From the NCBI GenBank assembly GCA_036011265.1, contig DASCNB010000281.1:1-43285 (forward strand): 43,285 bases of DNA. Reading direction: 5' to 3'. Shown piece after piece: positions 20,541 through 29,352 of the stretch. This DNA is from Nitrospinota bacterium (GTDB lineage Bacteria > Nitrospinota > Nitrospinia > CAJXCL01). The notes beneath the pieces are model-generated. The model had not been told where the DNA came from, did no database searches, and saw only the letters and a program-made list of their open reading frames with translations. The position numbers were made by a program, and so were the translations under genes. Numbering within the stretch: the first letter of the stretch is position 1; each line of letters begins with the position of its first letter.

Positions 20541-21524
20541 ATGTTTCTAAAAAAAAAAGAAAATAAAGCGCAAAATATTCAAAAACCCTGCATTTTTGTT
20601 GTATCAGGTGGTCGAACAGCAACTCGCTTTCTTTCAGAACTCTTAGCATTATCCATTAAAGACTGCTATGCCGTGCAAGAACCGGATATTTGGCGCATAG
20701 ATTCTTTAATAGATTTCAGAGAAAATAAAAAAATATGGCACAAGAAAATAAGAGATTTTGGTTTTTACAATATGGTAATAGGCAAGTTAACTCATAGAGG
20801 CAGCCCAAGAGCTTTGTCTCTAGCCAGACAAAGAAACATGGTTAATGAAAGAGAATCAAAAAATAAATTATATCAACTTCGCTATCGTTTTATATCGAAA
20901 CAAAAAGAACTGATTTACGCGGAATGTAATTTGCAGTTTTCCGGTTTAATTGACATTATTCCCTTGGTCTTTCCTAATTCCAAAACAGCATTCATAATTC
21001 GTGATGGCCGGGATTGGGTCTCTTCATGGTTTAATGGCTATTTTACTCCTTTTGGGAAAAGAGATCCTTTGTATTACTTAGCCGCGAGTAGACCTAATTC
21101 AGACATGTTTCCTGGAGATCCTTTTTTTGGTCATTGGAAACATTTATCGCAATTTCAGCAAATATGTTGGGTATGGCGCTTCCATATAGAATACGCTTTA
21201 AAGACTATAAAAAAGAATCCTCATTCTATAGTTGTAAAATATGAGGATTTATTTTCCGGTGATAAAAAATACGATTCGATGAACGACTTATTAAAACACC
21301 TGACCTGCTTCCCAAATAAATTCCAAGCGGAATACAAATATCCAGAGGAACTCTCAGGAAAGAGATTTCACGAATCGAGAACCAATAACTTTCCTAAATG
21401 GGAAAATTGGTCCCCTCCCCGGGTCCAAGAATTTCAACAAATTTGTGGTGATTTTTTGATTGAACAAGGATACGGCATGGAACCGAGATGGCAAGAAATG
21501 ACAAAGAAAGCCGGGGCAGTTTAA
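20541..21524 (+). CDS. Sulfotransferase family protein (paralog 2)
   Basis: IFVVSGGRTAT, QEP, IIRDGRDWVSS, VKYEDL; colinear with paralog 1. Confidence 0.82.
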   Translation: MFLKKKENKAQNIQKPCIFVVSGGRTATRFLSELLALSIKDCYAVQEPDIWRIDSLIDFRENKKIWHKKIRDFGFYNMVIGKLTHRGSPRALSLARQRNMVNERESKNKLYQLRYRFISKQKELIYAECNLQFSGLIDIIPLVFPNSKTAFIIRDGRDWVSSWFNGYFTPFGKRDPLYYLAASRPNSDMFPGDPFFGHWKHLSQFQQICWVWRFHIEYALKTIKKNPHSIVVKYEDLFSGDKKYDSMNDLLKHLTCFPNKFQAEYKYPEELSGKRFHESRTNNFPKWENWSPPRVQEFQQICGDFLIEQGYGMEPRWQEMTKKAGAV

Positions 21525-21555
21525 TTCATATATTCTTTGGTTTAAAGACTAATAT

Positions 21556-22791
21556 CTACCCCATGGCATACACACAGCTTATAAATTTTTTGTTTAAAGT
21601 ATCCCAATGAAAATCTTTACTCCTCTCCAAACTCTTTGATGCAATATTTTTTGAATACTCTTCATCATAAAGTATCTTTTTTAAAGCTCTTATTAAATCT
21701 TCCACATCTCCTGATTTAACAAGAAGGCCATATTTTCCATTTTCTAAAATATGCTTTCTGTCTGTCAAATCTCCTGTAATAATAGGCACTCCCGATGCCA
21801 TACCTTCAAAAACTTTTAATGGACTTCTTCCTTCGCAAGCCGGTTTACTTTTAACAGGATCAACAATGACGCTGCATAGTTTATAGTAATATTTCACCTC
21901 ATCAGGGTCTACGAAGCCAACCCATTTTACGCCTTCTGTCATATCTTTCTTTATTAGAGATTTTAAAAATTCTCTGTCATCGTCACTACCTCTTCCAACT
22001 ATCAGCAATACTATATTTTTATCTGTTTTATAAAGAACGTTAAAGGCTTTTACTAATAGGTCTACAGAATGCCCTGTCAAATCCAAAGCACCAATATATC
22101 CAATTATTTTTTTATTTTCTAAATTTAATTTTGATTTAATTTCATTAATAATATTGTCATCTAATCTTCCGAACCTTTCGAGATCAACGCCATTTGGGAT
22201 ATATATGATTTTCTCCTTATCTATTCCAAGATTAACTAACCTTTGTTTCATGAATAGGGTATTTACAGTTATCAAGTCACAATACTTTGGCACATTATCT
22301 TCAAATAATTGAAAAACTTTTTTTTGTAATTTATTGCTTAACTTATTTGCGTATAGTTCATAATCATCACAATCCAATATTATTTTTTTTTGTTTAATCA
22401 GTTTTATTAATAAAGCAGCCGTTGAATTTATTGGTTGCGGCTTGCATAAAACAATAATATCTGCTTTAAGAAAAAAGCCTTTCAGAAGCATCTTAATGGT
22501 TGAAGAAAGAACAACGTAGAACAGCGAGCAAGGCCCCATATATACTTTTTTATCACCTTCTTTTTTTACATGCATTTGGCCGACATAATGCACAGAAACC
22601 CCTTTTATTACGTCATATACTTTTAGTTTCTTGCATAGTGATCTATAATTATGATGTAAAGTGAGCAAATCTACTCTGACTTTACTTTTCCCTAATCCCT
22701 TTGCTAAAGGCAGGTATCTCCCAATAAAACTGGCTCCTTCCGCTCCTTGAGTCGCAAAAAAAGTAACATGTTTCTTGAAGTATGATTCCAT
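21556..22791 (-). CDS. Glycosyltransferase family 4
   Basis: IPNGVD, GYIG, LLIVGRG, EGRSPLKVFEGMASGVPII. Confidence 0.9.
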   Translation of the reverse strand: MESYFKKHVTFFATQGAEGASFIGRYLPLAKGLGKSKVRVDLLTLHHNYRSLCKKLKVYDVIKGVSVHYVGQMHVKKEGDKKVYMGPCSLFYVVLSSTIKMLLKGFFLKADIIVLCKPQPINSTAALLIKLIKQKKIILDCDDYELYANKLSNKLQKKVFQLFEDNVPKYCDLITVNTLFMKQRLVNLGIDKEKIIYIPNGVDLERFGRLDDNIINEIKSKLNLENKKIIGYIGALDLTGHSVDLLVKAFNVLYKTDKNIVLLIVGRGSDDDREFLKSLIKKDMTEGVKWVGFVDPDEVKYYYKLCSVIVDPVKSKPACEGRSPLKVFEGMASGVPIITGDLTDRKHILENGKYGLLVKSGDVEDLIRALKKILYDEEYSKNIASKSLERSKDFHWDTLNKKFISCVYAMG

Positions 22792-22814
22792 GTTCCAGTA
22801 AAAGCTTTCTTTTA

Positions 22815-23957
22815 TTAAGAAATTATTTTTTGTATGCTTTCCGGAGTGGAAGCTCCATTTGGAAGCGGCCCTCCGGCCGCTTTTTGTTTTTTGAATTTCA
22901 GAGCATCGATTATTAATCTAGGATAAAAGCTGGGATTAAACATGAGATTTGTTGTATAAAAACATTCATGAGTACAAAAACATTTTCTGTCCCTTATAAA
23001 GTTTCTTATTTCATTTGCTTTGTGAGAGTTCCATACTTTCTTAAAGCTATAATCATGGTCTCTCAGGTTGCCTATCCTCTTATCTAATAGCTCACAGCAA
23101 AACACATCCCCCCCATCATACAAGACTCCCGTTAGAGCCCCAGCATAGCAGGGCGTAATATATCTACTTTCTCTAAAAGTATTTACAATTATGTCATTTC
23201 TAAGCAGATTCTTTGCGGCTGCTAATCTTGCAGCCGGTGAATGATCATTAAATTTTCTATCAAATTTCATTCTCTGCGTAATTTCTACATATTTTGAAAT
23301 GTTAATATCTTTTAAATCCATATCTTGCGGGTTTCCCCTTATTAAATTGATATTAAAAACCGCCTCCGGCATTTTTCCCTTTATGAAAGCATATATATCA
23401 TTTAATTTATTCTGATTTGTCTTGGTGTGGGTGGTTAGCGCATAAATGCCCAAGTTTTTATTGTGTTTTTTAATTTCTACCAAGCCATTGTAGGTGTCTA
23501 ATAATCTATTAAAATGATCTTTCAGCTTTGTTTCTTTTTCCATATCTTCATACAAATGATTTATAGATAGATTTATACTAATGGAAAGACCAGGACAAGC
23601 CTTTAAAATCTTATTAACATCGTTAATTATTCTTGTCGTTAAAAAACCAGTGCTTATCAGGGCTATCTTCCTGACTCCCGCATTTTTGTGATAGATTATC
23701 GCTATATCAGCTAATTCTTTTCTCAAAAAAGGTTCTCCGCCAGTAAGTATCACTTGATAAAGATCTTTATCAAAGCTCCTTGTAACCTTATCAATTTCTT
23801 CAAGAGTTAATTCATTCTTTGTTTGATTTAATTGTTCCCAATAGAAACAAAAATTGCATTGGGCATTGCATCTTGAAGTAACGAAATGGATTAAGTATAT
23901 AGGGTTATTTCCCTTTTTTTGAACTATTCTGCTAAATAATTTGAAATAATTTACCAT
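22815..23957 (-). CDS. Radical SAM enzyme with SPASM/twitch domain
   Basis: CNAQCNFC, LTGGEPFLR, CYAG...GDVFCCE...IGNL...W...CFCTHEC. Confidence 0.9.
   Translation of the reverse strand: MVNYFKLFSRIVQKKGNNPIYLIHFVTSRCNAQCNFCFYWEQLNQTKNELTLEEIDKVTRSFDKDLYQVILTGGEPFLRKELADIAIIYHKNAGVRKIALISTGFLTTRIINDVNKILKACPGLSISINLSINHLYEDMEKETKLKDHFNRLLDTYNGLVEIKKHNKNLGIYALTTHTKTNQNKLNDIYAFIKGKMPEAVFNINLIRGNPQDMDLKDINISKYVEITQRMKFDRKFNDHSPAARLAAAKNLLRNDIIVNTFRESRYITPCYAGALTGVLYDGGDVFCCELLDKRIGNLRDHDYSFKKVWNSHKANEIRNFIRDRKCFCTHECFYTTNLMFNPSFYPRLIIDALKFKKQKAAGGPLPNGASTPESIQKIIS
22834..22871 (+). repeat. 38-bp GC-rich element, copy A (inverted relative to 26973-27010)
   Basis: 31/38 identity to the reverse complement of 26973-27010 by manual alignment; internal hairpin GGAGT-GGAA-GCTCC. 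Confidence 0.7.
22863..22892 (+). terminator. Intrinsic terminator-like hairpin on the plus strand
   Basis: AAGCGGCC-ctcc-GGCCGCTT stem followed by a T-rich tract (TTTTTGTTTTTT from 22881); antisense to the gene it lies in. Confidence 0.55.
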
Positions 23958-23963
23958 AAAAGT

Positions 23964-24917
23964 TTAATTTGTTACGGAATCCGAAATAACAGAAGGATCT
24001 TTTACATATTCCTTCATATGCAGAAAATGAAAATAAATAAAACCGAATATTCCAAACCAAAATGTAGACAGAATTCGATCGAGACTTGTCGCTATAACCC
24101 CATAATCAAAATTATAGTCCATATAGCTAGCTGCCAATCCAACGGCAACTTCACGAAGGCCAATTCCGCCCGGCACTATTCCAATAAATTCCGCTAATAA
24201 AAAAATTATGGTCATAATCATGCAACTAATAAAATCCATAGAATATCCAAGGATGTTGAAAGCAATATAAAAGCGAAATCCGATCGCAAGCATGCTTAAT
24301 ATTTCAAAAAATATAAGGGATAATACGGAAAATTTGTCGTTTCTAAAATTATACCAAATATCTAGAGCTTTCTGAATATTCTGGTAAAACTTTGACTCCT
24401 GTTTTGATAATTTCCATTGTGGAGATAATAGCAATAATGAGAGACAGAGCAGAAGGAAACAAGAAGATATAGCATAAAAAGGCGATAGGCCATAAAAAAA
24501 ATAGAAATGAAAGTTGATTACAATGGCTATCATGAGAAGAGATAAAACCTGTATATATTTTTGAACGCTCATTGCGATTATAAATTTAGGGTATGATAGG
24601 CGGTGGTTTGTCTTTAAGTAATAGGCATTTGTCAACGTTCCGCTTTTAAAAAAAATAAGATTTCCTAACCTGCGAATTTGAGGCAGCCCAAACCACTCGT
24701 GAATGGTAAGATTTATTTTAAATGCGCATAATAGTTTCTTAAACCTTAATCCATTAACATAAAACGAAATTAAAATGGCTAACGACGCAACGCAAATTTG
24801 AATGAAGGTAAGTTCTTTAATTCGTTTCAGTTCCTCTCCCATTTGAGAAAAATAATAAACTCCCGCGCCAATAATTAACATCATCAACAGTAATTGGATT
24901 TTTCTTTTCATTTTCAC
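23964..24917 (-). CDS. UPF0104 / lysylphosphatidylglycerol synthase TM-domain protein (putative lipid-linked sugar flippase)
   Basis: Multiple TM helices with IVPGGIGLRE and LDRI motifs characteristic of the family. Confidence 0.8.
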   Translation of the reverse strand: MKMKRKIQLLLMMLIIGAGVYYFSQMGEELKRIKELTFIQICVASLAILISFYVNGLRFKKLLCAFKINLTIHEWFGLPQIRRLGNLIFFKSGTLTNAYYLKTNHRLSYPKFIIAMSVQKYIQVLSLLMIAIVINFHFYFFYGLSPFYAISSCFLLLCLSLLLLSPQWKLSKQESKFYQNIQKALDIWYNFRNDKFSVLSLIFFEILSMLAIGFRFYIAFNILGYSMDFISCMIMTIIFLLAEFIGIVPGGIGLREVAVGLAASYMDYNFDYGVIATSLDRILSTFWFGIFGFIYFHFLHMKEYVKDPSVISDSVTN

Positions 24918-24944
24918 TCTAAAAACAATAGGGTTAGAATTTAT

Positions 24945-26954
24945 TTACAGTTTTAATTTTAATATATGCCATTTGCCGTCATCATATAGCAAAGTGTTTT
25001 TAATAGATGAAATATTTGAAGGAAAAGTAACCTTCTTTGAGGCGAAATAAATATTTGGACTTTTAATTTTCTTAAAATATTTTTTATAAGATTCAAGTAG
25101 AGAAGTCTCAATCGTATAAGGCTTCACAAGAGAAACACCTATCATCGGAAAGATAATGCTTTTTGCCGAGGCAAAACCTTTTGATTCGTTGGATGGGAAA
25201 ATAACTATAGCATCTTGAGGCAACAGCTCTTTTATTTTGTACGCAAATGCACTAATATCTTGAAAAGAGTTATATATATCTTTTATTTGATTGGTAGTGA
25301 GGATCTTTTCATGGTTAATAGAAGGATTTTCATAAATAAATTTCAATCTTGGCAACATAAAAATAATTAGAAGTAGAACAATATTACCGAATACAATAAT
25401 GTTAGGGAGATAGAGTTTAACAAAATTAGCACCTCTAATCTTAACTTTGTATACCGAATGAGCTACTAAAAAAACTAAAACAGGGTACAGCGCCAAATAA
25501 ATTCTTTGTGAAGACCCATTAATATATGCGCCAGGGTTAAGTAATAAGCCTTTCACAACATTAATTATTCCAATATCATAATTTCGTGGTTCTCCGGGAT
25601 TTACCATCATAGAATCATGAGCGCTGGACATAACTAAAACTACTGAAAAATAAAAAGATATTAAAAAATATGTGAGTATTTTTTGTGATTTATCAAATTC
25701 CTTCCAATAAAAAGGTATGCATAAAAACAGGGAAACTGTAAAAACCCAATATCCTTGCAAAAAGAAAAAAAGCAAAAACCTAAAATTGAAATATGAAATA
25801 TAATTTCCAAATTTTGATAATAATTCACCAAAATAATTACCAGAATAATACTTTAAAATAGCTAATGCTGTGCTTAACAATAACAAAACAGCAATTTTAA
25901 AATATTTATTTCCAAAAAATAAGATAATGCAAAAAAATATAAAAGTTAGTAATACTACATATGTCTTTAATTTTATAATAACCCAATCGGTGAGAAACAG
26001 GCACACCATAAACCACATCAAAGATATAGAAACCGGTAAAATAGTAAAATGAAAAATCCTTTTTTTAAAATTGTTATTGTCTAGATTTAAGCATATTGTA
26101 ATGATGACGGCAGGGATACAAAATAAAAGAAATTCTACCCTTGACCAAATAGCAAATGTAAAACATAATCCGGATAATAGATATTTTCTATTTAGATCAT
26201 CGTTATCCACTTCTAATGTTTCATACCAATAAACAACTCCAAAATAAAAATAACATGCGGCGATTAAATTATCCAAGGTAAGGTAGGATCGCCACCAAAA
26301 AACAGGAGTAGCAGCTAAAATTAAAGTAAATATTAAGGCATAACGCTCATTCTGTGTCCTTTCATTTAGCTTAAAATAAGTAAATAAAATAATCGATAAG
26401 TAAAATAAGGAATATATTATCTTTGGATAATTGAAACCAAAAAGATAGAAATAAGAATGTATTATTGGCACAATAGGCGTCCTGAATTCTCCCGCGTCAA
26501 GATAATAAAAAGACATGTCATGTGTAAACGCTAACATTTTCCCTAAATAATCATACACAAAGCCATCTGGCATCATTATTGGAAAATATGTTGAGAAAAG
26601 CAGGCTGACAATAAATAAGACAAATAAAATGGTCCAATATTTTATTAAGCCGTTTCTAAGAAATTGTTTAAAATCCAAGCGGTTTATCAGCTGAGAAAGG
26701 AGATTTTTTCTTATAGAGGAATATATATTTTTTCCAGTGACTATAGTCAAAAAAACAAGAAATAAAACAAATAATATTTGCCAGAGAATAATTGGGAAAG
26801 GCAGAGAATAAAAAAAAAATAATGCTAAAGAAAGCAGACCAAACCCTAGAGGAATACTAATCGCAATCCTTTCTCCGAAATCATTTTTTTGAAGCAAGTG
26901 AGTGACAATGAACCAACTCAAGGAAAAAAAAATGATAAAACAAAATAAAAACAT
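24945..26954 (-). CDS. Polytopic membrane protein, probable GT-C glycosyltransferase
   Basis: Many TM segments; PDG acidic motif in the first loop, ATP..W, LDN, IWSRVE and RIYL features like GT-C (PMT/ArnT-like) proteins; soluble C-terminal tail. Confidence 0.6.
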   Translation of the reverse strand: MFLFCFIIFFSLSWFIVTHLLQKNDFGERIAISIPLGFGLLSLALFFFYSLPFPIILWQILFVLFLVFLTIVTGKNIYSSIRKNLLSQLINRLDFKQFLRNGLIKYWTILFVLFIVSLLFSTYFPIMMPDGFVYDYLGKMLAFTHDMSFYYLDAGEFRTPIVPIIHSYFYLFGFNYPKIIYSLFYLSIILFTYFKLNERTQNERYALIFTLILAATPVFWWRSYLTLDNLIAACYFYFGVVYWYETLEVDNDDLNRKYLLSGLCFTFAIWSRVEFLLFCIPAVIITICLNLDNNNFKKRIFHFTILPVSISLMWFMVCLFLTDWVIIKLKTYVVLLTFIFFCIILFFGNKYFKIAVLLLLSTALAILKYYSGNYFGELLSKFGNYISYFNFRFLLFFFLQGYWVFTVSLFLCIPFYWKEFDKSQKILTYFLISFYFSVVLVMSSAHDSMMVNPGEPRNYDIGIINVVKGLLLNPGAYINGSSQRIYLALYPVLVFLVAHSVYKVKIRGANFVKLYLPNIIVFGNIVLLLIIFMLPRLKFIYENPSINHEKILTTNQIKDIYNSFQDISAFAYKIKELLPQDAIVIFPSNESKGFASAKSIIFPMIGVSLVKPYTIETSLLESYKKYFKKIKSPNIYFASKKVTFPSNISSIKNTLLYDDGKWHILKLKL

Positions 26955-26972
26955 AATAAATTAACCGAACAG

Positions 26973-27010
26973 GGGCCGGAAGCAAATGGAGCTACCGCTC
27001 CGGACAGCAT
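26973..27010 (-). repeat. 38-bp GC-rich element, copy B
   Basis: Minus strand reads ATGCTGTCCGGAGCGGTAGCTCCATTTGCTTCCGGCCC; hairpin GGAGC-GGTA-GCTCC; lies just upstream of the 669-aa membrane protein gene. Confidence 0.7.
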
Positions 27011-27079
27011 TCTCATAAACATTTGATTTATAATAAGTAAAAAAGGGATATCCTATGCTATTAAATTATTAGGATTTTA

Positions 27080-28114
27080 CTATCGAGTTTCTCTTCGAAT
27101 GGAACCAATAATATTCCTGATACCGATTTTTCTAAGAACACTCAAATCAAATGGATAGTATTTGCCGGCTGGGCCTCCTTTTTTTTCTTTGCAATTTTTA
27201 CAGAGGGGGTTGTCTTCAAAATTATTCATAATATGCTGTCTCCTTAATTCTATCATCCTGTCACAATTCCAAATTTCTTCAAGCGATTGACTATGCACAT
27301 CCCCTATTATATATTTACCATCATAATCATAGCAGCATGGGACTACTTTGCCATTCCACAGGATAGTGAGTAAAAACCATGGTCGCATGCATGGGTATGA
27401 ATTCTCGGATCGGTAAGAGTCTGATAATTGTGATTTTCGGGCCATTTTTGCTATTGTAGCATCAGAGCCATCCCATGTTTTGAACTGCTTTATAATAATT
27501 TTATCAATGCCAGGGATATTCCAACGGTTTTTGAATTCTTTAACCTCTGCTTCCGTATTTTTCATTTCAATCATGGAAATCTCAATAAAGGGGCGCCCAT
27601 TTCCCTTTATTTTTTTTTTCTTTAAAAGATTACTCACATTTTTTTCTGCTAAATTATAATCAACTGAATTTCCACGGAGATACTTATAAGTATTATCATT
27701 AATTCCATCCAGGGAGAGGGTAATTCTGTCAATGTCCCCAGACATAATTCTTGTGACAATTTTGTCTGATAAAGATGTGGGATTTGTGGAAATTCCGGTC
27801 TTTATATCTTTTGATTTCGCATAGTCAACAAATTGATTTAATTGAGGGTGAAATACTGAATCTCCAAAATGAAAGAGCCATATCATTTTAGAATAGCCTG
27901 ATGTTTGGTCAATAATTTTTTGAAAGATATCAATGCTCATATTTCCTATTTTTCTTGTCATATTGCCCCTTGGGCACATTTTACACTCTAAGGGACAATA
28001 ATTTGTAGGCTCAATATTATAAATATCCGGAAAACCTCTACAAACTTCTTCTCTATGGAAATATGAATAGCTTTTTAAGAAATAATTATAAAGTTCTTTA
28101 ATCCTATTTATCAT
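27080..28114 (-). CDS. Radical SAM enzyme with SPASM/twitch domain
   Basis: IEPTNYCPLECKMC, LSLDG, CMRPW...GKVVPCC.D...IG...W...CKNC. Confidence 0.92.
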   Translation of the reverse strand: MINRIKELYNYFLKSYSYFHREEVCRGFPDIYNIEPTNYCPLECKMCPRGNMTRKIGNMSIDIFQKIIDQTSGYSKMIWLFHFGDSVFHPQLNQFVDYAKSKDIKTGISTNPTSLSDKIVTRIMSGDIDRITLSLDGINDNTYKYLRGNSVDYNLAEKNVSNLLKKKKIKGNGRPFIEISMIEMKNTEAEVKEFKNRWNIPGIDKIIIKQFKTWDGSDATIAKMARKSQLSDSYRSENSYPCMRPWFLLTILWNGKVVPCCYDYDGKYIIGDVHSQSLEEIWNCDRMIELRRQHIMNNFEDNPLCKNCKEKKGGPAGKYYPFDLSVLRKIGIRNIIGSIRRETR

Positions 28115-29352
28115 TTAATTAATGTTTTCCTATAAACAGAATAGTATTTTTCCACTACTGTTTCCCAGGAAAAATTATCTTCCACATATTTTTTTCCTTT
28201 TATGGCTATTTCTTTTCTCAGTTTTTCATCTCTAATAAGCATTTTAATTTTTTTGGCAAGGTCTTTAGGGTCCTTCTGATTAACCAACAATCCGGTCTCT
28301 TGATCAACAATGAAATCGATAATTCCTCCCACACGACTAGCAATAACAGCCGTATTTGAAGCCATCGCTTCAAAAAAAACAATTCCAAGACCTTCTGTAT
28401 CCCCACTATCCGTAACAATTGACGGTCCAATAAAAATATCCGATAGAGTAAAGTATTTTGCTAACTCGCAAGAAGTCATTTTGCCCGGAAAAATTACGGA
28501 AGACCCTACATTCAACTTTAGCACAAGGCCTTTTAACTCTTTTTCCAAAGGGCCAAAACCAATGACCAATAATTTTATTTCAGGATATTCATTCAAAACA
28601 AGCGGCATAGCTTCGATTAAGTATTTAAAGCCTTTTTTTTCCGCGAACCTACCCACTGCCAAAAGCATTGGGCCATTAATATTATAGATCTTTTTTATAT
28701 TTTGAGCTTGAGCTTTCAATTGTCCATTAAAAATATCTAAATCAACTCCCATTGGTATAATTTCTACTGGTGTCTCTCTATTTGCAATTTTGCACATAGC
28801 ATTTAGAGTCGCTCTGCTATTTGCAAGGCAGCATTTACCTTGAGAAATAGCAAACTTGCCAAACGGGATTAAAAAAGAATTGTTCAAAACAAAAAAAACG
28901 TCCCCAGCGTGGGCTGTTAATATCAATGGTATTTTAAAAATTTTGCTAAAAATCGCACAAAAAAATCCTTGCGGCACGATCCAGTGGCAATGGATCATCT
29001 CTATTTTTTTTTTTTTAATCATCCAACCAATATGGAAAAATTGAAATAGCAGAAAAAAAGGCAGCTCTATTCTCGCAAGCCAGCTACTTTTTAAATTTGG
29101 CAATGCCCCGCCATTGTAAAAAACTTTCTGCAATTTTTTAGGATAAAAGTATGAAAATCGATAGATCTTTAATCCTTCCATTTCTTCATAAGGTAACGCA
29201 TCAGGAGCACCTGGAACTAACACAACCATGTTAAATCCTTTTGAGGCTAATTTTTTTGATAAATTAAAAACAAATGCCGGCTCAGAATCATTTTCCCATC
29301 TGGGAAAAGTTGTAGCTAACACCAAAACGTTTGGCAATTTATTCTTTTTCAT
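28111..29352 (-). CDS. Glycosyltransferase family 4
   Basis: IHCHW, TAHAGD, IPMGVD, VGRFAEKKG, GDTEGLGIVFFEAMAS. Confidence 0.93.
   Translation of the reverse strand: MKKNKLPNVLVLATTFPRWENDSEPAFVFNLSKKLASKGFNMVVLVPGAPDALPYEEMEGLKIYRFSYFYPKKLQKVFYNGGALPNLKSSWLARIELPFFLLFQFFHIGWMIKKKKIEMIHCHWIVPQGFFCAIFSKIFKIPLILTAHAGDVFFVLNNSFLIPFGKFAISQGKCCLANSRATLNAMCKIANRETPVEIIPMGVDLDIFNGQLKAQAQNIKKIYNINGPMLLAVGRFAEKKGFKYLIEAMPLVLNEYPEIKLLVIGFGPLEKELKGLVLKLNVGSSVIFPGKMTSCELAKYFTLSDIFIGPSIVTDSGDTEGLGIVFFEAMASNTAVIASRVGGIIDFIVDQETGLLVNQKDPKDLAKKIKMLIRDEKLRKEIAIKGKKYVEDNFSWETVVEKYYSVYRKTLIK

Noticed and set aside
26989-27001. RfaH ops/JUMPstart element (GCGGTAGC on the minus strand)
   Set aside because: Only a partial match to GGCGGTAGnnTG, it lies mid-operon, the sister copy lacks it and is in the opposite orientation, and no rfaH/nusG paralog is in the window
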